A stretch of 64,000 nucleotides of DNA. Source: an uncultured delta proteobacterium. GTDB lineage: Bacteria > Myxococcota > B64-G9. The notes beneath the pieces are model-generated. The model made no database searches and had not been told where the DNA came from. It was given only the letters and a program-made list of their open reading frames with translations. This document shows, one piece after another, positions 10,238-19,133 of the stretch. The stretch covers positions 32,001 to 96,000 of the forward strand of contig CAVWHX010000007.1 of NCBI GenBank assembly GCA_963754925.1, given 5' to 3'. The translations under genes and the position numbers were made by a program. Every line of letters starts with the position of its first letter. Position 1 is the first letter of the stretch.

Positions 10238-10705
10238 TAAGAGGCTGTAACGCTCACTTCGTTCTAAGCGTATTTCTAATCCCCTTCGGGGATAAGAGGC
10301 TGTAAGCTCACTCCCCTAAAGGGACAAGAGATTGTACGCCTCGCTTCGCTCGCTACAATCTCTAGTCGTTCGCTAACAGCCTCTAACCCTAAAGGACAAG
10401 ACATTGTACGGCTCGCTTCGCTCTTGAACGATTGCTAGTCCCCTTCGGGGATAAGAGGCTGTAACGCTCACTTTGTTCGCAATAGCTCTAATCCCCTTTG
10501 GGGATAAGAGGCTGTAACGCTCACTTTGTTCGCAATAGCTCTAATCCCCTTTGGGGATAAGAGGCTGTAACGCTCACTTTGTTCGCAATAGCTCTAATCC
10601 CCTTTGGGGATAAGAGGCTGTAACGCTCACTTTGTTCGCAATAGCTCTAATCCCCTTTGGGGATAAGAGGCTGTAACGCTCACTTTGTTCGCTAACAGCC
10701 TCTAA
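10238..10705. repeat. Array of ~9 units of a 53-bp two-hairpin element (REP/MITE-like)
   Basis: GGGGATAAGAGGCTGTAACGCTCACTTTGTTCGCAATAGCTCTAATCCCCTTT starts at 10447, 10500, 10553 and 10606 (period 53, identical), with a variant at 10659. Four diverged units lie at 10238-10439. Confidence 0.95.
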
Positions 10706-11667
10706 TATTTCGGCCCGGCTTCGACCTTCCGCACCCCTTCCCAGCTACCCTTCCATTCGTCCTTAACCGGAAGCTCGAACTCAAAGTTCAGCGCCTGTTC
10801 GTCGGCTGAAATAAAGTGGTTTTTTAGGAGAAAAACCATTCTTACTCGGTCAGCCTCTTGGGGGCATGGCGGAGTGAAAAAGTAGTTCAATCGAACCCGC
10901 GGGGGGAAGTCACGAATGAACTCGGACGCCTCGAAGTCTGGCAGGACCGGCTGGCCGCTCGACGAGCGGCTTTCGGTATAGGGTAACGTTGACGGTTCGG
11001 CGGGATATTCGTCCTCCGATTTCTTGGTCTTCTTCGCCTGGGCCAAAGCCTTCTCGTAATCCGCCTTTTCTTCATTGGTAGACGGTTTGAACGATTTCAT
11101 CTGCCACCCTTGGTACGTGAGTTGACCCTGGCCGCCCCACACGGCAATATCCCAGCGCAGTTGATTGCCATCTTTTTTCACCGAGCGAACATCCAGCCGG
11201 ACCGAATTCTGATAGTCAGAAGCCACCGCCGTATAGGTGCCGCTCAACAGTTCATCCCGAACCGCTTTTGCCAAAGTATAGTATTCTTCCCGAATCGGGA
11301 GGTTGGCCTTGGCTGCGCGTTGCTGAGGACCTTCCTCGTCTGCCCGTTTGCGGCTGAGCTTAATAAGAGCCTCGGGATCGTTTTCAGTTGGATATACCTT
11401 CCAGAGTTCAGCGATGGGATTTTTGAAATACCAGGTAGCGAGGGTATTGACTTCGCGAAGGTACTTCTTTAAATCGGGTCGCCCTTCTTGATCGAGCAAC
11501 GGCCTTAGAATCGAGTTGTTCTTCAAGAACTCAAGCTTCGCTGCCAGGAGTTTAGTCTTAAATTCTGCCGCCGTTTCGGTTTTGGTTTTGACTGACCAAC
11601 TGGTGATGAGGTAGGTGAGGCCAGCAACAACCCCGACCAGCGCTAACGAAATGATGAGTTTTTTCAT
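10702..11667 (-). CDS. Hypothetical membrane-anchored or exported protein
   Basis: Long ORF. Likely start MKKLIISLALVGVVAGL (N-terminal hydrophobic helix). Its TAG stop is the first TTAG of the repeat array. Confidence 0.7.
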   Translation of the reverse strand: MKKLIISLALVGVVAGLTYLITSWSVKTKTETAAEFKTKLLAAKLEFLKNNSILRPLLDQEGRPDLKKYLREVNTLATWYFKNPIAELWKVYPTENDPEALIKLSRKRADEEGPQQRAAKANLPIREEYYTLAKAVRDELLSGTYTAVASDYQNSVRLDVRSVKKDGNQLRWDIAVWGGQGQLTYQGWQMKSFKPSTNEEKADYEKALAQAKKTKKSEDEYPAEPSTLPYTESRSSSGQPVLPDFEASEFIRDFPPRVRLNYFFTPPCPQEADRVRMVFLLKNHFISADEQALNFEFELPVKDEWKGSWEGVRKVEAGPKY

Positions 11668-11929
11668 TCGCAAACCCCTTTGGTTACCTTGGCATCGTCT
11701 GGTATATCGTAACAACCGTTAAAATTCAAAAATCTCGTACGCTTTTTTCTTTTTATATCACGAACTGCTATTCTGTACCATATCTACAGAGCTCTCACAA
11801 TACCGGTCCTGCGCTTGCCTTCCTTGACAGGGAACGTCGGGCAGTATAGCGGTAGAGAGTCACAAAGGTTGTATTCTATTCGTAAAGTTTGGTAAGACAA
11901 ACTAACATCTATCAGAACGTGGTGATCGT

Positions 11930-13873
11930 ATGCAAAAAGAAATGGTGATCAACGCAACAATTCCCGAGAACGTTCGAGTGGCGATCCTCGGCGATGGTCG
12001 ACTGGATGGCTATTTTGAAGAGACCGAGGACCTTTCACGCACCCGCGGTAATATCTATCTCGGTCGGGTGATGAACATCGAGCGTGGACTCGAAGCGTGT
12101 TTTATTGAGTATGGCGAGAGCCGCCACGGCTTCCTTCCCTTTAGCGAAATAGTCATCGACGGTCAGCCGCTCCCGGCCCCTAAAGAGCACGGCCGCATCG
12201 ACCAAGCGCTCCGGCGCGGTCAACTGCTCATCGTTCAGGTTGACAAAGAACCGGTCGGCACCAAGGGCGCGCGCTTGACGACCGAGATATCGCTTGCCGG
12301 ACGATATCTCGTGCTCATGCCCGGCAGCGACTTGCGGGGAGTTTCGCGCAAGATTGAGGATCCTGAAGAGCGCCAAAAGTATCGTAAGATGGGTGCCGAA
12401 CTCATTCCACCGCAGGGCATGGGCTTTATTATTCGGACCGCTGGCCTCGGCCAGACGAAACGCGAGCTTTCGCGCGACATGGGCTACCTGGAACGATTAT
12501 GGAAAGAGATTGAGAAGTCATCGCAAAAGGGAAGCCAACCGCGCTTGTTGCATGCCGAAGCCACGATAATCCAACGCGTCATCCGCGACTACTACGATAT
12601 CGCTATCGAGCGCGTCTGGGTCGATACGCCGGAAGCGTTCATCCAAGCCGAAACCTTTATGAAGATTTTTATGCCTCGCCAGGTTATGAATCTGAAGGCG
12701 TATACCGACAAGATACCGGTCTTCGACCACTTCGGCATTGAGGATCAGATCGAGGCTATCCATCAGCGTCACGTGCCGCTCCCCTCAGGCGGCAGCTTGG
12801 TGATCGAGCAGACCGAAGCGTTGGTGAGCATCGATGTCAACTCGGGTAAAACCAAGAGCCGCGGCACACAGGAGGATACTGTTTTCGAAACCAATCGAGA
12901 GGCCGCCCTTGAGGTTGCCCGCCAACTGCGGTTACGCGATTTGGGAGGAATAATCGTAATCGATTTCATCGACCAATCCTCCGCTGCCCACAACACCGCC
13001 GTTGATCGTGCGCTGCGCGATGCCATGCGCGCCGACAAGGCTCGCCACCAAATCGGAAAAATCTCGACCTTCGGGCTATGCACGCTTACCCGCCAACGCC
13101 TGGGCCATTCTCTGCGTCTTATGGGTTATGAACGGTGTCCTACCTGCGGCGGTGACGGTATCGTGCGCGATCCCGAGGGCGTATCGTCGCGACTCCTGCG
13201 CCGATTGCAGGCCGAGGCGGCAAAGGGAGCGGTCGCCGTCATACGCGTTCGTTTGCAACCACCGCTCGCCAACCACGTTCAGAACCGCCACCGGCGCGAT
13301 CTCGCCAGGCTCGAGCGTGAATTTGGGATGCACATCGAGATCGACGCCGATCCGACCGCGTCACGCACCAACGACGACATCGAGTTGATCCATCGTGCCC
13401 CTGATAAATCGACGCCACCCTCCCCATCATCGCGAGGCGCGATCCAACCACAGACCACACCGGGCAAACTAAAACAGGATGCCTCAGAATCGCCGGAGGG
13501 CCACGTCGTGCGCGCACCCTCTCCCGTGCGCGCGCCGACGGATACGAGTGGAAAACCCAAGCGACGGCGACGGCGACGGCACCGGTCGCGGGATGAGCGG
13601 CAGCCATCCGCGACTACGGACGCCAGTCGTTCCGTTGCCCCCGAGATAGCAACCATGGCTATTCCGCAACTACCGGATATCCCCACACCATTTCCGGTTG
13701 AAGAGACGATCGAGGCACCGGTCGGCCTTGATGTTCCCGCGCCGACAGGGGGTGCTCCAACCGTCGCGCAGGCTAAAAAAATCCCTCCTCAACCACCGAA
13801 GCGCTGGCGGCACCGGCGAAGAAAGAAAAGCAACCAGTCTACGGGGTTGAATCGCGCGCCACATTTGGGGTAA
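11930..13873 (+). CDS. rne: Ribonuclease E/G family with disordered Pro/Arg-rich C-terminal region
   Basis: S1 domain GNIYLGRV…HGFLP, SIDVNSG, LRLRDLGGIIVIDFID, CPTCGGDG Zn-link, low-complexity tail with Arg runs. Confidence 0.92.
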   Translation: MQKEMVINATIPENVRVAILGDGRLDGYFEETEDLSRTRGNIYLGRVMNIERGLEACFIEYGESRHGFLPFSEIVIDGQPLPAPKEHGRIDQALRRGQLLIVQVDKEPVGTKGARLTTEISLAGRYLVLMPGSDLRGVSRKIEDPEERQKYRKMGAELIPPQGMGFIIRTAGLGQTKRELSRDMGYLERLWKEIEKSSQKGSQPRLLHAEATIIQRVIRDYYDIAIERVWVDTPEAFIQAETFMKIFMPRQVMNLKAYTDKIPVFDHFGIEDQIEAIHQRHVPLPSGGSLVIEQTEALVSIDVNSGKTKSRGTQEDTVFETNREAALEVARQLRLRDLGGIIVIDFIDQSSAAHNTAVDRALRDAMRADKARHQIGKISTFGLCTLTRQRLGHSLRLMGYERCPTCGGDGIVRDPEGVSSRLLRRLQAEAAKGAVAVIRVRLQPPLANHVQNRHRRDLARLEREFGMHIEIDADPTASRTNDDIELIHRAPDKSTPPSPSSRGAIQPQTTPGKLKQDASESPEGHVVRAPSPVRAPTDTSGKPKRRRRRRHRSRDERQPSATTDASRSVAPEIATMAIPQLPDIPTPFPVEETIEAPVGLDVPAPTGGAPTVAQAKKIPPQPPKRWRHRRRKKSNQSTGLNRAPHLG

Positions 13874-13895
13874 ACTCGACAGCGGAGAGACCTGC

Positions 13896-14907
13896 ATGAA
13901 TTCCGAGAAACCCAGTCCACCTTCGAACTCGCCGAATGGTGCGCATCAGAGCAGAATGTTGGAAGTCGAGGTGGAGGTTGCGGGTACCAAACAACGAGTT
14001 TTTCTGTCGAGCAAAGATATTGGCGCTGGTGGTTTCTTCCTGCGAACCGCCCAACCAGCACAATTATGGAAAAAAAGTGAACCTACGGTTGAGCGGTCCC
14101 GGCGGAGGTCACATCGAAATTAGCGGCGAGGTCGTGCGTAGCGTCGGCGGAGACCAGGCGGCGAGCGGTCAGCCAGCGGGAATGGCCGTTGCATTCGACG
14201 AGAGTTCACGCGGCAAACAAAAAGACTTCATTACACTGGTGCAAAGTCTTACCGCGGGAAGTACCGCGCCATCGGCACCGGGGGAGCAAAAAGCTCCCGT
14301 GCCGCAAAGAACTTCAGCTCAATCGTTTAGGTCAATCCCCGACACCCATTCGGGGATAAAGTCTGCGCCGTCGTTCAAAGCGACACCCCCGACAGATCCT
14401 GCAGCTAAGGTAACTCCGCCCAAGAGTCCGGCTCAACCGTTCAGGTCAATCCCCGATACCCACTCGGGGGTAAAGTCCGCGCCGACGTTCAAAGCGACAC
14501 CCCCGACAGATCCCGCAGCTAAGGTAACTCCGCGCCCCGCTCACGTTCCACCGGCTCAACCCCCGGCTCCGGCTGCCCAACCGTCCCCGATGCAACCCAC
14601 TACGGTCATTGACCACCAGAACCCCGCTGACTTAAAGAAATTTCTCGATGATTATAAGAATAAGCATACGGGCACTACGTATTACGACACCCTTGGCATA
14701 ACGCTTAAAGCAACCTCACAGGAAATCGAGAACGCCTACCAACAACTCAGCGCAATACTCATAATAACCGGGCCAAGCGATAACCTACCCCGTGAACTCG
14801 CTAGCGAACTGGCCTCGATCCTTAATAAGGTTCGAAAAGCACACGCCATTCTCAGTAAACCTGACCGAAAACGCGCGTATGACTTTATTATCGATAACAG
14901 CGGCTAG
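13896..14907 (+). CDS. PilZ-like domain + Pro-rich linker + J-like domain protein, +1 frameshift in the A7 run at 14070-14076
   Basis: DIGAGGFFLRT…LWKK|VNLRL…GEVVR…GMAVAF (PilZ pattern across the shift). C-terminus YYDTLGI…ILSKPDRKRAYD is J-domain-like. Confidence 0.75.
14317..14535 (+). repeat. Intragenic 114-bp (38-aa) tandem duplication
   Basis: AQSFRSIPDTHSGIKSAPSFKATPPTDPAAKVTP repeats as AQPFRSIPDTHSGVKSAPTFKATPPTDPAAKVTP. DNA offset is 114. Confidence 0.9.
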
Positions 14908-14921
14908 TTGACTGCCTGCCC

Positions 14922-15911
14922 TTACGCACCAGAAAAAAGTTCCAGCTGCTGTTTTTCGTAGGGGAGGTCCGCAGAGAATTTGCTTTTTAGGGAAGTATAG
15001 CAGGAGGCGCCCATCCCTGGGTTTTGACACGCGCAGATATTAATAGTCAGTGCAGCCCGAGAACCAATCGCGCTCAATCGTTTGTAACCCTGCTCGCGCA
15101 GGCGTTCCGACAACACGCGGGTATCATGATGAACGCCAATCTTGCGCCACGGCTGTCCTTTAAAAACACCCTTGATCACCTGGTAATGAGACTCCGGGAG
15201 CTTTTCGCGCATGAGTTCGAGCATGTCAGGTCGAAGAACGAGGTAGGAGGTCGATGCCCTGGTTACACCGACGGATCGGAGATGGCGCACCAATTCCTCG
15301 AGGTGGGCTGCGGTATCGGAGATGAAGGGGATCAAGGGCTCAATCCGCGCTTGGACGTCGACCTTAAAGCGGAGCAACGCCCGGATAGCATCGAGGCGTT
15401 GCTGCGGTGTAGCCGCAGCGGGTTCGTATAGCCGAGCTAACTCGGCGTTCATGGAGAAGAGCGAGACCTGAGCGTGAACCTTGCCCGGATAGCGAAGAAA
15501 AAGATCGCCGAATCCATCCGGGATCACACTCCGTGTCCGAACGTGCACCTCCATCCCCCGCGACAAAACAATCCGCATAACTTCATGGGTAAGAGCGAGA
15601 GAGGCACCGATGGGCTGGAAAGAATCCGAGAACGGATTTATTACTACCCCGGCTGCAAGCATTCCCGTGCGAGCGCGCCGGGCAAGCTCACGTTCCAACA
15701 ACTCGGTGACATTGGTGCGGAGATAGATTGCGTTCTGATCGTTCGGGCGACGTCGAACCGGACAGAACAAACACCCAAAGCTGCAGCCGCGAATGGTGTT
15801 GACCACCGCGAGACCAGCCTGGCAAGCTTGCGACGGTCGATCAAGCGCTCGATCGGCTTCGATCGATACCAGCTGAACTGCGTCGCCATTAAGCATCTGC
15901 GTACTGAACAT
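14922..15911 (-). CDS. Radical SAM protein, SplB/Rv2578c-like DNA-repair type
   Basis: NTIRGCSFGCLFC (CX3CX2C), SDSFQP, YEPAAATPQQRL, IEPLIPFISD, C-terminal QQLELF. Confidence 0.85.
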   Translation of the reverse strand: MFSTQMLNGDAVQLVSIEADRALDRPSQACQAGLAVVNTIRGCSFGCLFCPVRRRPNDQNAIYLRTNVTELLERELARRARTGMLAAGVVINPFSDSFQPIGASLALTHEVMRIVLSRGMEVHVRTRSVIPDGFGDLFLRYPGKVHAQVSLFSMNAELARLYEPAAATPQQRLDAIRALLRFKVDVQARIEPLIPFISDTAAHLEELVRHLRSVGVTRASTSYLVLRPDMLELMREKLPESHYQVIKGVFKGQPWRKIGVHHDTRVLSERLREQGYKRLSAIGSRAALTINICACQNPGMGASCYTSLKSKFSADLPYEKQQLELFSGA

Positions 15912-15919
15912 GCGTTTAG
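15904..15919 (-). promoter_or_regulatory. LexA (SOS) box, Myxococcus type
   Basis: Minus strand CTAAAC-GCAT-GTTCAG is an imperfect CTGAAC-N4-GTTCAG palindrome close to the M. xanthus consensus CTRHAMRYBYGTTCAGS. It overlaps the -10 and the ATG. Confidence 0.7.
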
Positions 15920-15946
15920 TATAATCATCCTACCCCAGGCTGTCAA
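15918..15946 (-). promoter_or_regulatory. Sigma70 promoter of the radical SAM gene (leaderless geometry)
   Basis: TTGACA-N17-TATACT, then only 6 nt (AAACGC) before the ATG at 15911. Confidence 0.8.
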
Positions 15947-16087
15947 CCCTTTTACCGTATTTGACCGCCGAATGTTTTTTCTTGCGTGGGCGTTACGACT
16001 CTGCTAAACAGAGTTGCCACTTTTAATTAACGGGGAACAGATTCACATCCCAGGCGAAATTCAATGTTAAGTAAAGGAGTAAAGAAA

Positions 16088-17713
16088 ATGACGCGTGGAC
16101 AGATTTTCCGTAACAGCAGTTTATTCATAGGTTGTTTCATTATCGTACTGACGTTCGGAATAACCAGCTGTAAAAAGGCAGGCGGCCCTGGTCAAGCCCC
16201 CGCGCAAACCGTTCCCGAAAAAGCAACGGTTGAACTTTTCGTGATGGCCCAGTGTCCCTTCGGCATCGAGGCTGAAAATGGGATTGCTCCCGTTTTGAAG
16301 AAATTCGGCGGCGACGTGGACTTCAAACTAGCTTTCATCGGCGACACCCAAGAGAATGGCAAATTCACTTCGATGCACGGCAATAAAGAAGTGAGCAGCG
16401 ACAAGGTACAGGTATGCTCCATTAAGCACGCGCCCTACCAGTACATGGATATGATACTGTGTATGAATAAGAACGCCCAGGGCATGCCGGACAATTGGGA
16501 AGATTGCGCCAAAAACGCCAATTTACCGGTAGACAAGATCAAGGCGTGCTTTAGCGGCGATGAGGCTGACGGCCTGCTTAAGACCTCGTTTGAAGCCGCC
16601 AAAGCAAAGAATGCAAGGGGCAGCCCCACTATCTTTATCAATAACCAACCGTACTCCGGCGCCCGTACTGAAACTGCTTTATCCCGGGGAATATGCAGCG
16701 CCTACCCGAACAAAAAGCCGTCATTGTGTGATTCCATTCCGCCGTCGGTCAAAGTGCCCATTACCATTCTCAGCGATCAACGCTGCAAGGATTGCAATAC
16801 GGAATTCTTGAACCAGCGCCTCAAACAAGCGATCCCAAGCGGCGAGATAAAGATTGTCGATTGGGGCACCGAAGAAGGAAAGAAACTGTACGCCGATCTC
16901 AACCTCACCGTTCTCCCAGCCATTCTTATGGGTAAGGAGATGGAAAAGGCGGACGAATACAGTCGTTTTGCTCGCGGTCTCAAGCCGCGGGGCGATTACC
17001 TTGAATTGCAAATAGGAGCCAAATTCGATCCCAAGAAAGAGATCTGCGACAATAAAATCGACGACAACAACAACGGCTTGATCGATTGTGACGATCCGGA
17101 CTGCAAGACAGCGTTGGTGTGCCGCACTGAGATCCCAAAGAAACTCGACATCTTCGTTATGTCGCAGTGCCCGTACGGAGTCATGGCGCTCAACGCTGTC
17201 AAGGAAGTGCTCGACAATTTCAAGGGTAATGTGAACTTCGACGTGCATTACATCGCCACCGCCGAATCCAACGAAAAAAACGCTGCCATAAGCTCGATGC
17301 ACGGTCCGGCTGAGGTTGATGAAGATATGCGCGAGTTGTGCGTAATCAAAAACTATAAAAAAGACTATAAGTTCATGGACTACATCCTTTGCCGCAATAA
17401 GAACATCCGCGATGCAAATTGGAAGCAATGCACGGGCACCAATGGAATCGACGCCAAAAAGATCGAGGCGTGCTCAACCGGCGACGAAGGCAAGAAACTG
17501 TTGCGCGAAGACATCGAGGTCGCCAAAGGCCTCGACATCGGCGGTAGCCCGACCTGGCTTGCCAATAACAAAACGATCTTTTCGGGCATTGATGCTGAGA
17601 CTATCAAGACCAACTTTTGCTCTAAAAACCAAGGGCTGAAGAACTGTGACAAAAAACTCAGCGGTCCGCCAACCCAAGCGGGCGCTCAGGCGCCGGGCGG
17701 CTGTAAGCAGTAG
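16088..17713 (+). CDS. Lipoprotein with two GILT/thioredoxin-like domains and an Asp/Cys-rich metal-binding motif
   Basis: Lipobox ITSC. Duplicated FVM[AS]QCP[FY]G…SMHG..EV..D…GSPT..[IA]NN domains. EICDNKIDDNNNGLIDCDDPDC lies between them. AAGGAG RBS. Confidence 0.7.
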   Translation: MTRGQIFRNSSLFIGCFIIVLTFGITSCKKAGGPGQAPAQTVPEKATVELFVMAQCPFGIEAENGIAPVLKKFGGDVDFKLAFIGDTQENGKFTSMHGNKEVSSDKVQVCSIKHAPYQYMDMILCMNKNAQGMPDNWEDCAKNANLPVDKIKACFSGDEADGLLKTSFEAAKAKNARGSPTIFINNQPYSGARTETALSRGICSAYPNKKPSLCDSIPPSVKVPITILSDQRCKDCNTEFLNQRLKQAIPSGEIKIVDWGTEEGKKLYADLNLTVLPAILMGKEMEKADEYSRFARGLKPRGDYLELQIGAKFDPKKEICDNKIDDNNNGLIDCDDPDCKTALVCRTEIPKKLDIFVMSQCPYGVMALNAVKEVLDNFKGNVNFDVHYIATAESNEKNAAISSMHGPAEVDEDMRELCVIKNYKKDYKFMDYILCRNKNIRDANWKQCTGTNGIDAKKIEACSTGDEGKKLLREDIEVAKGLDIGGSPTWLANNKTIFSGIDAETIKTNFCSKNQGLKNCDKKLSGPPTQAGAQAPGGCKQ

Positions 17714-17739
17714 CGTGTTGTTATCTTGGCGTAAGCATT

Positions 17740-17768
17740 AAGAGCGGTCTAAAGGACCGCTCTTTTTT
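17740..17768 (+). terminator. Rho-independent terminator
   Basis: AAGAGCGGTC-TAAAG-GACCGCTCTT plus a T run, 27 nt after the lipoprotein stop. Confidence 0.85.
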
Positions 17769-17916
17769 ATAAATCATTAGTCAGCACTGAAAAACTCTCG
17801 CAATCGTGCTCTAGAGACGGGCTTCATGCCCGTCCATCAATACGCTTAATACTTTTTTTGAATAATTAATGAAGCGTTTGGTTGAGCAAAAAAGTATTGA
17901 TTAGCCGGCGCGACCG

Positions 17917-19116
17917 TTGCACACTTCAAACACGATGCCTCCTATGATTGAAACCCCTTCTCCGTGGAACAGATATCGGAGATACGCTTTCCCCGTCTTA
18001 TGGCTTTTGTTGATCGTCGGGATGGTGTTGGTAAGCGATGTCCTCGCACCCTTTATCGGCGCGGTGCTCCTTGCCTATCTCTTGTCGCCATTGGTCCGTC
18101 GATTGACCGCGCTTAGGATTAGCCGTTTTCATATGCCACGGTGGGTGGCGGTACTCTTCATTTACACCATGCTGGTACTAACCGTAACGATATACGGGGT
18201 ATTGGCGGTTCCTCGGCTCGCCGCTGAATTCCGCAATCTTGTCCGTGAGGGTGAAAATTATATCGTGTCACTTACCCCCGAAAAGATAGCGCAGCTGACG
18301 CTCGAAGCGAAACAGTTCCTTGATGAACACGATATTCCAATCAAGATAGTATCACCGGCCATCCCCAGAGAAAATGATGAGGATAAACCAGGTCTTATCG
18401 TCAATCTTGAGGATACGATACGTGAGAATGTCAGTAAGCTCGCTGATGCGCTTCGCGAAAACTTTTTAGCCTATCTCAAACTTGGACCAGCATTTGCCGT
18501 CAATGCGTTTCAAAAAGTATTCATGGCTTTTTTAATCCTTATGGTGGCGGCTTTTTTGCTTGTCGATCCCGATCGTCCGTTTCGTTTTTTCCGCCGCCTA
18601 TTGCCAATTCAGTTTCATTCCGGATTTGACGAACTGATCAAAGAGATCGATTCTCGGCTTGCAGGCGTCGTTCGTGGACAGGTATTGATCTGTCTTATCA
18701 ATGGGCTGCTGACGTTCATCGGTTTGTATTTCGTTTTTAATGTTAACTTTGCCTTCATGCTGTCTACGTTGGCGGCGGTGATGAGCTTGGTGCCGATCTT
18801 CGGTTCTATTCTCTCTTCCCTGCCAATTGTCGCCGTTGCGCTGACCGGAGGTCTGAGCACCGGCGTGGGCACGCTGCTTTGGATAATCGGCGTTCACCTT
18901 CTTGAGGCCAACGTCCTCAATCCGAAGATCATGGGTGCACAGGCCCGAATTCATCCTGCCCTCGTCGTGTTGGTACTGCTGGTTGGCGAGCATTTCTATG
19001 GCGTGGTCGGCGCGCTGTTCGCAGTACCGATACTTTCGGTTCTGCTTGGGTGTTATGGCATGCTTCAGCATAAAGCAAGTCAGTGGAATGATGAGTACTA
19101 TCAAGCATCAAAGTGA
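17917..19116 (+). CDS. AI-2E family transporter (PerM-like permease)
   Basis: LLAYLLSPLV, RGQVLICLING, LVPIFGSIL, LEANVLNPKIMG…IHP, GALFAVP. Multiple TM helices. Start may be a later ATG. Confidence 0.9.
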   Translation: MHTSNTMPPMIETPSPWNRYRRYAFPVLWLLLIVGMVLVSDVLAPFIGAVLLAYLLSPLVRRLTALRISRFHMPRWVAVLFIYTMLVLTVTIYGVLAVPRLAAEFRNLVREGENYIVSLTPEKIAQLTLEAKQFLDEHDIPIKIVSPAIPRENDEDKPGLIVNLEDTIRENVSKLADALRENFLAYLKLGPAFAVNAFQKVFMAFLILMVAAFLLVDPDRPFRFFRRLLPIQFHSGFDELIKEIDSRLAGVVRGQVLICLINGLLTFIGLYFVFNVNFAFMLSTLAAVMSLVPIFGSILSSLPIVAVALTGGLSTGVGTLLWIIGVHLLEANVLNPKIMGAQARIHPALVVLVLLVGEHFYGVVGALFAVPILSVLLGCYGMLQHKASQWNDEYYQASK

Positions 19117-19133
19117 TGAGGGGCGTAGCGACC

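Noticed and set aside
10238..10705. CRISPR array
   Set aside because: Units are contiguous and four are fully identical. There are no unique spacers and no cas genes in the window.
11824..11850. rne promoter TTGACA…TATAGC
   Set aside because: Spacer is only 15 nt, too weak to list as a feature.
14067..14079. Programmed -1 frameshift at an A-AAA-AAG-like slippery site
   Set aside because: Joining the PilZ halves needs a +1 shift, not -1. Similar indels occur throughout the window, so a homopolymer error is more likely.
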